Assembly: GCA_964579435.1 (NCBI GenBank)
Contig: CAZOGI010000012.1
Coordinates: forward strand, 5,781-69,780
Source of the DNA: an uncultured Planctomycetales bacterium
Lineage (GTDB): Bacteria; Omnitrophota; Gorgyraeia; Gygaellales; Profunditerraquicolaceae
Length of the DNA: 64,000 bases
Direction: 5' to 3'
Position numbers and translations under genes: made by a program. The number at the start of each line of letters is the position of its first letter. Positions within the stretch are counted from its first letter, which is position 1. The notes beneath the pieces are model-generated. The model was not told where the DNA came from, did not search any database, and saw nothing but the letters and a program-made list of their open reading frames with translations. Below are positions 28,479 to 38,119 of the stretch, one piece after another.

Positions 28479-28552
28479 GCGCCTATAGCTCAATTGGATA
28501 GAGCATCTGCCTTCGGAGCTGGGCGTTGCTGGTTCGAGTCCAGCTAGGCGCA
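28479..28552 (+). tRNA. tRNA-Arg(TCG), chimeric. The 5' 39 nt are identical to tRNA 26741, and the 3' half is a different allele, giving a U-U mismatch plus a G-U pair in the anticodon stem.
   Basis: Anticodon arm TCTGC-CTTCGGA-GCTGG and T-arm GCTGG-TTCGAGT-CCAGC. The 3' strand GCTGG would pair perfectly with the CCAGC strand carried by the fragment at 26692. Confidence 0.6.
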
Positions 28553-28754
28553 CGATTTTTCACCGCTGCTCATCTATTTTTTTCCTTCCCCTGAGATCTT
28601 TTCCTGCCGCTTCTCTCCCGTTATGCTTCACCGCATTTGCCGGTGTCTTTGTGTCTAGGGGCTTTTTAACGGAACTTTCTTCTGCCTCTTCCTGTCTAAT
28701 GGAGTGAAGAGGCAGGAGCGTAACCCCAAGCCGCGAGGACAAAAGGAGGCAGGT

Positions 28755-29144
28755 ATGAGACAGTGGGGAATCGCATTGGTGCTGGCAGGGGTCATTTTGG
28801 GAGGCGTATCGGTTTCTTACGCCAGTGACTGGGACGTCGCGGGCAAGGTTCTTACGGGAATCGAAGGGATGAGGATACTGACCGGCGGCAAGGTCGACCT
28901 GATCGGCACGATGACCGGGATAAACCGTCAGGACCGGGATCGCCACCGGGAATACGCCCACGGCCGTGGCCGCAACGAAAGCAGGGAATGCCGCAAAGTA
29001 TGGGTATCCCACTATGTCTGGGAGAAGCGGTGGGTCCCTGAGCATACCGAGCATGACCCGCGTTACGGCGAGATTGTCGTTGAAGGCCACTATGTCCGGT
29101 ACAGGGTTGAGCGCGGAGGCAGCTGGCGGTACGATTACCACTAA
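28755..29144 (+). CDS. small secreted hypothetical protein, Arg/Trp/Tyr-rich
   Basis: An AGGAGG Shine-Dalgarno precedes the ATG at 28755. Signal peptide MRQWGIALVLAGVILGGVSVSYA. Confidence 0.55.
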   Translation: MRQWGIALVLAGVILGGVSVSYASDWDVAGKVLTGIEGMRILTGGKVDLIGTMTGINRQDRDRHREYAHGRGRNESRECRKVWVSHYVWEKRWVPEHTEHDPRYGEIVVEGHYVRYRVERGGSWRYDYH

Positions 29145-29183
29145 CATAATCCGCTCAGGCAGTTCGGCATCCGGTTTTTTTTG

Positions 29184-29222
29184 GTGCGCATGCGCTTATT
29201 TTAGGCATGCGCACTTTTTTTC
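29184..29222 (+). terminator. rho-independent terminator
   Basis: gtgcgcatgc...gcatgcgcac stem followed by a T8 run. Confidence 0.75.
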
Positions 29223-29286
29223 CTTTAGGGGCGCCTTGGTGTCTCCCTGATGGCGTCCCCGTGTCCGTTTGTGAACTCAAAAATTC

Positions 29287-29315
29287 GTTTAAATCATGAT
29301 TTATTATGCTATAAT
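29287..29315 (+). promoter_or_regulatory. promoter with extended -10 (TGcTATAAT) upstream of the symporter operon. It is followed by a ~180-nt untranslated leader.
   Basis: AT-rich region with tgctataat at 29307-29315. The -35 match is weak. Confidence 0.4.
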
Positions 29316-29494
29316 GAATTCTCTGCATCGAAAGGCGGCCGATATCTTTTTGGATAAGATAACGGCTTATATTCCAAATAGATGAGTTCCTGCAAAAAGC
29401 GAACCGTGAGCGTATTTTCTGTGTGCTACATGCCCGTCCACTCGAAAACAATCCCCGAATCACCGGTACCGAGAAAAAAGCAAGGAGGTGCGTC

Positions 29495-29665
29495 ATGCTA
29501 GGGATCCAGGATCCGGGCGTATGGTTGGCGTATATTTTGTGCATCCTCAGCGCCGCCTTTTGCGCCGTGTACGGGTTCTCGCACTGGAATAAGGGCGAGG
29601 AACCGGTGTATACCGAAGACAAGAAATGGGTCGAGGCCGAAAAAGAGCTGGAAGAAAAACTCTAA
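29495..29665 (+). CDS. sodium:solute symporter small subunit (DUF4212-like), 56 aa
   Basis: An AGGAGG Shine-Dalgarno precedes it. It is a single-TM small protein immediately upstream of an SSS transporter, which is the typical pairing. Confidence 0.6.
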   Translation: MLGIQDPGVWLAYILCILSAAFCAVYGFSHWNKGEEPVYTEDKKWVEAEKELEEKL

Positions 29666-29681
29666 GAGCGGGGGAAACGGT

Positions 29682-31283
29682 ATGGATAATATGTTCATTC
29701 TCACCATTATCGTAGTCCTTTACCTGTTCGTGATCGGTTATTTGGGATATTACGGCTACCGAAGGACCAAAAACGCACTCGATTACCTGGTTGCCGGGCG
29801 CAGTATCCATCCCTTTGTCATGGCCGTTTCCTACGGTGCCACTTTTATCAGCACCTCGGCAATCGTCGGATTCGGGGGCGCGGCTGCGTTCTTCGGCATG
29901 GGGCTTTTGTGGCTGACCTTCCTTAATATATTCGTCGGTATCGCCATCGCCTTCATCGTCTTCGGCAAACGCACCCGCAAGATGGGCCATAACCTCGATG
30001 TACACACCTTTCCCGAGCTCCTCGGCCGCAGGTTTAATTCCACCTTTATCCAGGGTTTTGCCGGGCTGGTCGTATTCGTTTTCATGCCCCTGTATTCGGC
30101 CGCGGTCCTTATCGGAGCGGCGCGGTTCATAGAGATGACGTTTTCGACAACGATTAATTACAATGTGGCCCTTCTCATCTATACCTTGATTATCACCGCC
30201 TACGTGCTTGCCGGCGGGCTCAAGGGCGTCATGTACACCGATGCGCTGCAGGGGTCGATCATGTTCATGGGGATGGCGGCACTCCTGGTTCTGACGTATG
30301 CGAAACTGGGCGGCGTGGTCAACGCGCACCAGTCGCTCGCCGGGCTCCTGCCGCAGGTGCCGGAGAAGCTCAGCGCCCTCGGGCACCTGGGCTGGACCCA
30401 TATGCCCAAACCGGGGTCAAACCTGTGGTGGAACCTCGTTTCGACGATCGTTCTGGGCGTGGGTGTCGGCGTTCTCACCCAGCCGCAGCTGGCGGTACGT
30501 TTCATGACCGTCAAGAGCAACAAGGAGATTAACCGGGGTGTCGCCATCGGCGGCATCTTTATTCTGATGATGACCGGAGTCGCTTTTATCGTCGGCGCCC
30601 TCTCCAACGTCTATTTTTTCAATAACCCCGCTTTCGGCAAGATTTCCCTTGCGGTTGCCGGCGGCAACATCGATAAGATCATTCCACTCTACATCAACAG
30701 CGCCATGCCGGTCTGGTTCGTGTATCTCTTCATGCTCACGCTCCTGTCGGCGGCGATGTCGACAACCAGCTCGCAGTTTCATTCCATGGGCACCGCTATC
30801 GGCAGGGATTTCTTCGAGAAGACGCTCCTGCGCGGCAAGACCTCCAAATACACGATCCTCATCACGCGCATCGGTATCGTTATCGGCGTGCTGGTGACGG
30901 TGCTCTTGGGGTATAAGCTTCCCGGGAGTGTCATCGCGGTTGCCACGGCTATATTTTTCGGTCTCTGCGCCAACACCTTCCTGCCGACCTATGTCGGGAC
31001 CCTGTTCTGGAAAGGGATGACCAAGGCTGGCGCCATCGCCAGCATGCTCGCCGGATTCTGCGGCACCGCGTTCTGGCTGTTGTTCATCCACCAGAAGGAA
31101 TCCGAGGCGATAGGGCTGTGTAAGTTCATCTTCGATAAGCCGACGCTGGCGCAGTATCCTTGGACGGTGGTTGACCCGATCGTGGCGATATTGCCGGTCT
31201 CGTTCGCGGTTGCGCTGCTGGTGAGCCTGATCACCAAAAAGCCTTCCAAGGATTATATCGAACATTGTTTCAAGCATCTTTAA
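29682..31283 (+). CDS. sodium:solute symporter (SSS family) large subunit
   Basis: The 533-aa protein has about 13 TM helices and the SSS signature region GGLKGVMYTDALQ. Confidence 0.8.
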   Translation: MDNMFILTIIVVLYLFVIGYLGYYGYRRTKNALDYLVAGRSIHPFVMAVSYGATFISTSAIVGFGGAAAFFGMGLLWLTFLNIFVGIAIAFIVFGKRTRKMGHNLDVHTFPELLGRRFNSTFIQGFAGLVVFVFMPLYSAAVLIGAARFIEMTFSTTINYNVALLIYTLIITAYVLAGGLKGVMYTDALQGSIMFMGMAALLVLTYAKLGGVVNAHQSLAGLLPQVPEKLSALGHLGWTHMPKPGSNLWWNLVSTIVLGVGVGVLTQPQLAVRFMTVKSNKEINRGVAIGGIFILMMTGVAFIVGALSNVYFFNNPAFGKISLAVAGGNIDKIIPLYINSAMPVWFVYLFMLTLLSAAMSTTSSQFHSMGTAIGRDFFEKTLLRGKTSKYTILITRIGIVIGVLVTVLLGYKLPGSVIAVATAIFFGLCANTFLPTYVGTLFWKGMTKAGAIASMLAGFCGTAFWLLFIHQKESEAIGLCKFIFDKPTLAQYPWTVVDPIVAILPVSFAVALLVSLITKKPSKDYIEHCFKHL

Positions 31284-31298
31284 CCAAGGAGGAGTTGC

Positions 31299-32711
31299 AT
31301 GGCACGCCGAATTCTTATTTTTTTCGTTGCAGTGGCCTGTGCCGCGGCGTTCTCTGCCCAGGCGGGGTTCGCCCAGGAGAGCGCACCGCAGCCAAAGCAG
31401 TCCGATTTCAAGGGAAGCTGGGGCTCGGCATTCCGCATCCGGCATGAATATTGGAAAAACTGGCGGGATATGGATAACGACCAGCTGGATAACCGGAATT
31501 TCTTCCGGGTCAAGAGTTCGCTGTGGGGCAAGCTTGATTACCGCGAGGATATCTCTCTCTACGCCAAGCTGACCAACGAGTTCAAGCCCTATGCCTACTT
31601 TGCGAGCTCGACCGGTTCGGTCCCGGATAAATTCGCCACGAAAAAAGGGTACCATTTCGATATCAATGAAGTGGTCTTCGACAATCTTTACCTCGATATC
31701 CGCAATGTTTTGGATCTGCCGCTGGACCTGCGCATCGGCCGCCAGGATTTTCTGGGCGCCTACGGCGAAGGGCTGTTGATCATGGACGGCACCCCGCAGG
31801 ACGGCTCGCGGACCTATTACTTCAATGCGGTCAAAATCGGCCTGAAGGTCAACGATGAAAACACCGTCGATGCCATTTATCTGGCCGATCCCCGTGACGA
31901 GGAGATCCTTCCGGTCATCAATCGCCGCAGGCTGATCAACGTCAACGGTAACCGGAACGAGGACAAGCGGGTGAGCCTCCTGAATACCACGGATGAGCAG
32001 GGAGGGATCCTCTACTGGAAGAACAAGTCGATCGAAGGCCTGAGTTTGGAGGAGTATTATATCTTCAAGTACGAGGCAGAGGAAGGCGGTACCGGCCTGC
32101 AGGCTCAGAAGGGGTTGATCAATACCTTCGGTTCCTACGCCAAATACACCCGGGGAGGCTGGGGCGTGCGCGCCCAACTGGCCAGTCAGTTCGGCGATTA
32201 CGGGGATAACGACCGGGAAGGGCTGGGCGGGTTCGTGTATTTTGACCGCGAATGCGCGCAGCGCGCCTGGAAGCCCAAGGCAACCGTCGGCTACATCTAT
32301 CTCTCCGGTGACAAACGCAGCACCGCCAAGAACGAAGCCTGGGATCCGCTCTTTGCGCGGTATCCCTGGTTCTCCGAGATATACGTCAACAGCATGGCGA
32401 GCGAAACCGGCATTGCCGGCTACTGGACCAATATGCAGGCCTATCGCGCCGAGCTTTCGGTCAACCCGACCGCCAAGCTGAAGCTCTGCGGCGGCTACAG
32501 CTACCTGAGAGCCAATGCCCAGGTTGCGCCGAGCGCGATCTTCTCCGGCACCAACAAGAACCGCGGGCAGGTCCTGATGGGCAAGGTCGAATACGCCTTT
32601 AACAAGAACGTATCCGCCTACCTCCTGGGAGAGTATCTTATCCCCGGCAAGTTCTATAAGGATCAGGATCCCGCGATCTTCCTCAGGGAAGAGATCTCGA
32701 TCAAATTCTGA
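31299..32711 (+). CDS. outer-membrane beta-barrel porin, AlgE/alginate-export-like
   Basis: Signal peptide, alternating amphipathic beta-strand pattern and a C-terminal ..SIKF ending. Confidence 0.55.
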   Translation: MARRILIFFVAVACAAAFSAQAGFAQESAPQPKQSDFKGSWGSAFRIRHEYWKNWRDMDNDQLDNRNFFRVKSSLWGKLDYREDISLYAKLTNEFKPYAYFASSTGSVPDKFATKKGYHFDINEVVFDNLYLDIRNVLDLPLDLRIGRQDFLGAYGEGLLIMDGTPQDGSRTYYFNAVKIGLKVNDENTVDAIYLADPRDEEILPVINRRRLINVNGNRNEDKRVSLLNTTDEQGGILYWKNKSIEGLSLEEYYIFKYEAEEGGTGLQAQKGLINTFGSYAKYTRGGWGVRAQLASQFGDYGDNDREGLGGFVYFDRECAQRAWKPKATVGYIYLSGDKRSTAKNEAWDPLFARYPWFSEIYVNSMASETGIAGYWTNMQAYRAELSVNPTAKLKLCGGYSYLRANAQVAPSAIFSGTNKNRGQVLMGKVEYAFNKNVSAYLLGEYLIPGKFYKDQDPAIFLREEISIKF

Positions 32712-32803
32712 GCTTTTTTTCGACAGCGCAGATTATTGCTCTTTCCCGCTGAACGGGAATGGCGCGATAATCTGCGTTGCCGTCAGGAGCGGAAACGGAT
32801 CAC

Positions 32804-34537
32804 ATGGCTCATCAGCGAACGGATTTTTTGTCCGGCGACGAAGCTTTGGCCCAAGGCGCCTACGAGGCCGGGGTGCGGGTTGCCGCTTCGTATCCCGGCA
32901 CTCCGGCAACCGAGATCCTGGAGTACCTGGCGAAGCTTCCGCAGGTGCAGGCGCAGTGGGCGGTGAACGAAAAAGTCGCCTTCGAAGTCGCCGCGGGCGC
33001 CTCGGTCGCCGGGGTACGCGCCATTTTTAGCGCCAAGCACGTCGGCCTCAACGTCGCCATGGATCCCCTGATGACCTCGGCCTATGTCGGGGTGGGCGGG
33101 GGGTTCGTGGTGGTCAGCGGCGATGACCCCGGGATACACTCCTCGCAGAACGAGCAGGACAACCGGCTGCTGGCGCGCATGGCCGATATACCGCTCCTTG
33201 AGCCGTCGAGCCCCTCCGAGGCAAAGGATTTCGTGAAGCAGGCGCTGGCGCTGAGCGAGCGCTTCGACACCCCGGTCATGGTGCGCCTGACGACGCGCGT
33301 TTCGCACACCAAAGAGAACGTCGCGGTGGGGGAACGCGTATCGATCCCGCCGAAAGAATTCAAGATCGACGTCGAAAAATACGTTATGGTGCCGCGCAAC
33401 GCCTATAAGCGCCACCTGGAGTTGCGCGCGCGCATCGAGCGGCTCAAGCGCTATGCCGACCGCTCGCCCCTGAATGTCCAGACGCTCGGCAGCAGGAAAC
33501 TCGGTTTCATCACCGGCAGCGTCGCCTACCTGTACGCCAAAGAAATGTACCCGGACGCTTCATTCCTGAAGCTGGGGATGAGCTATCCGTTTCCCGAGAA
33601 GAAGATCCGCGCGTTTTGCCGCGCGGTCAAGGAAGTGCACGTGGTCGAGGAGCTGGAGCCGTTCCTCGAGGATGAACTGCGGCGCATGGGGCTGGCGGTC
33701 AAGGCCAAGCATCCGTCTTTTCGCGTCGGCGAGCTGCGGCCCGAGCTCATCCCGCAGATCGTTAAAAAAAAGAAAAAGGTGGAGCTGCCGGCTGCGACGC
33801 GCAAGCCGGTTCTGTGTCCCGGCTGCCCGCACCGCCAGTCTTTCTGGGTGCTCAAGAAGCTCAAGGCGGTGGTGCTGGGGGATATCGGCTGTTACACCCT
33901 CGGGGCGCTGCAGCCGTTGGGGGCGCTGCACACCTGCCTGTGCATGGGCAGCTCCGTAACCTTCCTGGAAGGCTTCCGGCGCGCCGGCCTCGGCAATACC
34001 GCGGCGGTTATCGGCGACTCGACGTTCGTGCATTCCGGAATTACCGGCCTGATCAACGCGGCGTACAACCGCTCGAAAGGATTGATCATCATCGTCGACA
34101 ACGCCACGACCGCGATGACCGGCAATCAGCCGCATCCGGGCACCGGGGTGACCGCCTCCGGGGTGCCGACGAAGCGCCTGAGCCTCGAAGAGATATGCAG
34201 GGTTTCGGGCGCCGACCACGTGGATGTCATTGATCCGTACCGGATCAAAGAATTCGAAACACTGGTGCAGAAGCGCATCGCCGAGGATGCGCTCTCGGTG
34301 ATCATCAGCCGTTTTCCCTGCCGGCTGATCGAACGCCTCAAGGCGCCTTCGCCCGTATACAATAAGGAGTTGTGCAAGAAGTGCGGTCTCTGCCTGGCGA
34401 TCAACTGCCCGTCGATTGAGAAGGCGCAGGACGGTTTTATCTCCATAAACAAGGCGGTATGCACCGGATGTAATCTCTGCACCACGGTTTGCGTCTACGG
34501 GGCTTTAAAGAAAAATGAAGAAAGAACGGATGCTTAA
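32804..34537 (+). CDS. iorA: indolepyruvate:ferredoxin oxidoreductase alpha subunit
   Basis: TPP-enzyme domains plus a C-terminal 2x4Fe-4S domain (CKKCGLC..CTGCNLC). Confidence 0.8.
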   Translation: MAHQRTDFLSGDEALAQGAYEAGVRVAASYPGTPATEILEYLAKLPQVQAQWAVNEKVAFEVAAGASVAGVRAIFSAKHVGLNVAMDPLMTSAYVGVGGGFVVVSGDDPGIHSSQNEQDNRLLARMADIPLLEPSSPSEAKDFVKQALALSERFDTPVMVRLTTRVSHTKENVAVGERVSIPPKEFKIDVEKYVMVPRNAYKRHLELRARIERLKRYADRSPLNVQTLGSRKLGFITGSVAYLYAKEMYPDASFLKLGMSYPFPEKKIRAFCRAVKEVHVVEELEPFLEDELRRMGLAVKAKHPSFRVGELRPELIPQIVKKKKKVELPAATRKPVLCPGCPHRQSFWVLKKLKAVVLGDIGCYTLGALQPLGALHTCLCMGSSVTFLEGFRRAGLGNTAAVIGDSTFVHSGITGLINAAYNRSKGLIIIVDNATTAMTGNQPHPGTGVTASGVPTKRLSLEEICRVSGADHVDVIDPYRIKEFETLVQKRIAEDALSVIISRFPCRLIERLKAPSPVYNKELCKKCGLCLAINCPSIEKAQDGFISINKAVCTGCNLCTTVCVYGALKKNEERTDA

Positions 34538-35036
34538 GCGGACGGTGAATATCCTCTTCTGCGGCACCGGCGGCCAGGGGGTGCTCTCCGCGGCGGAGAT
34601 CTGCGGCTGGGCGGCGCTCTTGGAGGGGTTTCACGTGAAAAAGTCGGAAGTGCACGGTATGGCCCAGCGCGGCGGTTCGGTCGAATCGCACCTGCGTTTC
34701 GGCGCCCGGGTCTATTCGCCGCTCATCCCTAGGGGGGCGGTTGATTTCCTGGTTCCCTTCCATGCCGACGAACAGGCGCGGCTTAAGGGTTTCCTGAAAC
34801 CCGGCGGGCACGACCTGCTGGCGCAGCTGGAAAAAGCGCAGCAGGCGGTTTCCGACCGGCGTTTCGTGAATATATACGTGCTGGGTGCTTTGTCCGTCTT
34901 TTTGCCGTTGCGGCAGGAGAGCTGGATGCGTTCGATCGAGAAGGTGCTCGCCGGCAAGCGCCTCGAGGAGAACAAAGAGGCTTTTTTAAAAGGGCGGGCC
35001 GCGGGAAAGATACGTCCTGAGCAGGAGGGTGCGTGA
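34515..35036 (+). CDS. iorB: indolepyruvate:ferredoxin oxidoreductase beta subunit
   Basis: FCGTGGQGV motif (PFOR gamma-like domain); overlaps the iorA 3' end. Confidence 0.8.
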   Translation: MKKERMLKRTVNILFCGTGGQGVLSAAEICGWAALLEGFHVKKSEVHGMAQRGGSVESHLRFGARVYSPLIPRGAVDFLVPFHADEQARLKGFLKPGGHDLLAQLEKAQQAVSDRRFVNIYVLGALSVFLPLRQESWMRSIEKVLAGKRLEENKEAFLKGRAAGKIRPEQEGA

Positions 35037-36337
35037 TGATCTGGAACGAGAAGATGGAGTGCTCCTCTCCCAAAGAGTTGAAGGCTCTGCAGAGCGGGAG
35101 GCTGGGGGAGACCGTCAAATATCTGTATAAGCACTCTGGCGTGTACCGGAAAAAGCTGGATGAGTTCGGGGTCGCTGCGGGGGACATCAAGAGTATAGAG
35201 GACATCGTCAAGCTTCCCTTTACGGTCAAGGACGACCTGCGGGACAGTTATCCGTTCAAGCTGTTTTCCGTTCCTCTTTCGGAGATAGCCGAGATCCATG
35301 TCTCCAGCGGCACCACCGGCAATCCGACCGTGGTCGGATACACCAAAGAGGACGTCAAGCTGTGGGCCGAGGTCATGGCGCGCACCCTCTGCTGCGCGGG
35401 GGCGCAACCCGGAGACATGATCCAGATCGCCTACGGCTACGGTCTCTTCACCGGGGGGCTGGGGTTCCATTACGGCGCGCACGAGATGGGATTGACGGTC
35501 ATCCCGACCTCTTCGGGCCAGACCAAGCGCCAGTTGAAGCTGATGAACGATTTCCGGCCGCGGATTTTGGCCTGCACGCCCAGCTATGCCCTGTACATGG
35601 TGGAAGAGGCAAAGGAAATGGGGATCGATCCCCGCGCATCGAGCTGGCAGATCGGCGTCTTCGGCGCCGAGCCGTGGAGCGAGCTGATGCGCAGGGAGAT
35701 CGAGAAGCGCTGGGATATGCTCGCCACCGACGTCTACGGGCTCTCGGAGATCATCGGCCCCGGGGTCGCGCAGGAGTGCACGCACAAGAAGGGGCTGCAT
35801 ATCTGGTGGGATGTCTTTTACCCGGAGGTCATCAATCCCAAGACCGGCGAGTATGCCAAAGAGGGCCAGGAGGGCGAGCTGGTGATCACCACGCTGACCA
35901 AGCGCGGGATCCCGCTGCTGCGTTACCGCACGCGCGACCGGGTGGCGATCACCTACGAGAAATGCAAATGCGGCCGGACCACCCCGCGCATCAGCAAGAT
36001 CACCGGGCGCACCGACGACATGATCATCGTGCGCGGCATCAACGTCTTCCCGTCGCAGATCGAGCACGTGCTGCTGGGGATCGAGGGCACCCAGCCGCAT
36101 TACCAGATCATCGTCGACCGCAAGGCAAGCCATCTGGACGAGCTGGAGGTGCTGGTGGAGGTGGAGCCGAAGATATTTTCCGACGAGCTCAAGCAGCTCA
36201 AGGCCCTGGAGGACAAGATCACCCGCGAGATCGAATCCGTGCTGGGTATCGGGGCGAAGGTGCGGCTGGTTGAGCCCAAGACGATCGAGCGCAGCGAAGG
36301 CAAGGCCAGGCGCGTCGTGGACAAACGAGTGCTCTAG
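35033..36337 (+). CDS. paaK: phenylacetate-CoA ligase family adenylate-forming enzyme
   Basis: SSGTTGNPTVV AMP-binding motif. Start is GTG 35033 or ATG 35036. Confidence 0.8.
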   Translation: MMIWNEKMECSSPKELKALQSGRLGETVKYLYKHSGVYRKKLDEFGVAAGDIKSIEDIVKLPFTVKDDLRDSYPFKLFSVPLSEIAEIHVSSGTTGNPTVVGYTKEDVKLWAEVMARTLCCAGAQPGDMIQIAYGYGLFTGGLGFHYGAHEMGLTVIPTSSGQTKRQLKLMNDFRPRILACTPSYALYMVEEAKEMGIDPRASSWQIGVFGAEPWSELMRREIEKRWDMLATDVYGLSEIIGPGVAQECTHKKGLHIWWDVFYPEVINPKTGEYAKEGQEGELVITTLTKRGIPLLRYRTRDRVAITYEKCKCGRTTPRISKITGRTDDMIIVRGINVFPSQIEHVLLGIEGTQPHYQIIVDRKASHLDELEVLVEVEPKIFSDELKQLKALEDKITREIESVLGIGAKVRLVEPKTIERSEGKARRVVDKRVL

Positions 36338-36346
36338 GAGGGGACG

Positions 36347-36778
36347 ATGAAACTGACGCAGATTTCGGTTTTTCTGGAGAACCGCAAGGGCCGGCTCCAC
36401 GATGTGTGCGCGCTCTTAGGCAAGAACAAGATCAATATCCGCGCCCTGACCGTCGCCGAGAGCCAGGATTTCGGGGTCTTGCGCGTCGTCGTCGACAAGC
36501 CGCAGGAGGCGCTGAACCTGCTGCGGGCGAACAATTTTACCGCCAATTTCACCGAGATCGTCGCGGTCGAGGTGGAGGATAAGCCCGGCGGCCTGGCGCG
36601 GATCCTGAAGCTCCTGCAGGACAACGCCATCAATGTCGAGTATATGTACGGTTTCGTCGAGAAATTCTCCAGCAAGGCTCTCTTGGTCTTCCGGTTCGAG
36701 AACACCGATAAGGCTTTGACGCTGCTTAAGAAACACAAGGTTTGCGTGATGCCTAAAGACAAGATCGTCCAGTTGTGA
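36347..36778 (+). CDS. ACT domain protein
   Basis: Tandem ACT fold, 143 aa, typical companion of PaaK/IOR genes. Confidence 0.7.
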   Translation: MKLTQISVFLENRKGRLHDVCALLGKNKINIRALTVAESQDFGVLRVVVDKPQEALNLLRANNFTANFTEIVAVEVEDKPGGLARILKLLQDNAINVEYMYGFVEKFSSKALLVFRFENTDKALTLLKKHKVCVMPKDKIVQL

Positions 36779-36788
36779 GTAGCCGGCC

Positions 36789-38099
36789 ATGGAAATCTCC
36801 TATTTCGACAAGAAAGCCGAAACGATCCCGCGTGCCCAACTGCGCCTCCTGCAGCTGAAGCGCCTGCGCCGAAGCGTTGATTCCGCGCTGCGGACACCCT
36901 TTTACCGGGCCCGCCTGCAGAAGGCCGGGATCCGCAGCGGCCGGGATATCCGTTCCCTCGAGGACATCAAGAATATCCCTTTCACCACCAAGGACGATCT
37001 GCGCGAGTGTTACCCCCACGGTTTGCTGGCGGTGAGCCTGGATAAGGTGGTGCGCCTGCATACCTCAAGCGGTACGACCGGGGTGCCGACGGTGATCTAC
37101 CACACCAAGGCCGACCTGAAGAGCTGGACGGAGCTGGTTGCCCGCTGCATCATGGCCAGCGGCGCCACGCACCGGGATGTTTTCCAGAACATGATCGGCT
37201 ACGGGCTTTTCACCGGGGGCTTGGGCCTGCATTATGGCGCCGAGCGGGTGGGGATGACGGTCATCCCGTCGGCCAGCGGCAACACCAAACGCCAGCTGCA
37301 GCTGATGAAGGATTTCGGCACGACGGTGATCCATGCCACTCCCAGCTATGCCCTGCACATCCACTCGCAGTTCGCCGAGAATAATATTACGCTTAAAAAC
37401 CTGAAGCTCAAGAAGGCCTTTTTGGGCGCCGAACCATACTCCGAGAATACCCGCAAAAAGCTGGAAGAGATCTACCGCATCGATGTCTATAACTCCTATG
37501 GTCTAAGCGAGATGAACGGCCCGGGGGTCAGTTTCGAGTGCGTGTATAAAGACGCGATGCACACCTGGGAGGACGCGTTTTTCCTTGAGCTGATCAATCC
37601 CAAGACCGGCGAAAACGTCAAGGATGGCCAGCAGGGGGAGATCGTCTTTACCACGCTCTGCCGCCAGGCGACGCCTTTGCTGCGCTATCGCACGCGGGAT
37701 CTCTCCTGCGTCGATCCGGCGCCGTGCCGCTGCAAACGCACCCACCGGCGCATCTGCCGCATCACCGGCCGCTCCGACGACATGCTGATCGTCAACGGCG
37801 TCAACGTCTTCCCCTCGCAGATCGAGGAAGTGATCATGAAGATCCCGGAGGTCGGCACCAACTACCAGGTGTACCTGGAAAAAGAGGGTGCGCTGGATAA
37901 GATGACGGTGAAGGTCGAGATCTATTCCAAGATGTTCAAGGGCGAGGTGTCCGAGCTGGACCGCCTGAAGCAGAAGATCCGCGAAGATCTGCACGCCTCG
38001 ATCATCCTGCGTCCCAGCGTCGAGCTGCACGAGCCGGGGAGTCTGCCGGTTTTCGAAGGCAAGGCAAAACGCGTGGTGGATAACCGCGCCAAGCTCTAA
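36789..38099 (+). CDS. paaK: phenylacetate-CoA ligase family enzyme, paralog 2
   Basis: SSGTTGVPTVI motif; about 40% identical to paralog 1 by eye. Confidence 0.8.
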   Translation: MEISYFDKKAETIPRAQLRLLQLKRLRRSVDSALRTPFYRARLQKAGIRSGRDIRSLEDIKNIPFTTKDDLRECYPHGLLAVSLDKVVRLHTSSGTTGVPTVIYHTKADLKSWTELVARCIMASGATHRDVFQNMIGYGLFTGGLGLHYGAERVGMTVIPSASGNTKRQLQLMKDFGTTVIHATPSYALHIHSQFAENNITLKNLKLKKAFLGAEPYSENTRKKLEEIYRIDVYNSYGLSEMNGPGVSFECVYKDAMHTWEDAFFLELINPKTGENVKDGQQGEIVFTTLCRQATPLLRYRTRDLSCVDPAPCRCKRTHRRICRITGRSDDMLIVNGVNVFPSQIEEVIMKIPEVGTNYQVYLEKEGALDKMTVKVEIYSKMFKGEVSELDRLKQKIREDLHASIILRPSVELHEPGSLPVFEGKAKRVVDNRAKL

Positions 38100-38119
38100 T
38101 TGCGCCGGAGGAGGTTGGT

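Noticed and set aside
28254-28553. 99-aa minus-strand ORF
   Set aside because: It overlaps the tRNA-Arg gene and tRNA fragments. tRNA-derived sequence is unlikely to be coding.
30417-32177. 586-aa minus-strand ORF
   Set aside because: Antisense to the SSS transporter and porin genes. The protein is low-complexity.
34712-36400. 562-aa minus-strand ORF
   Set aside because: Antisense to iorB and paaK.
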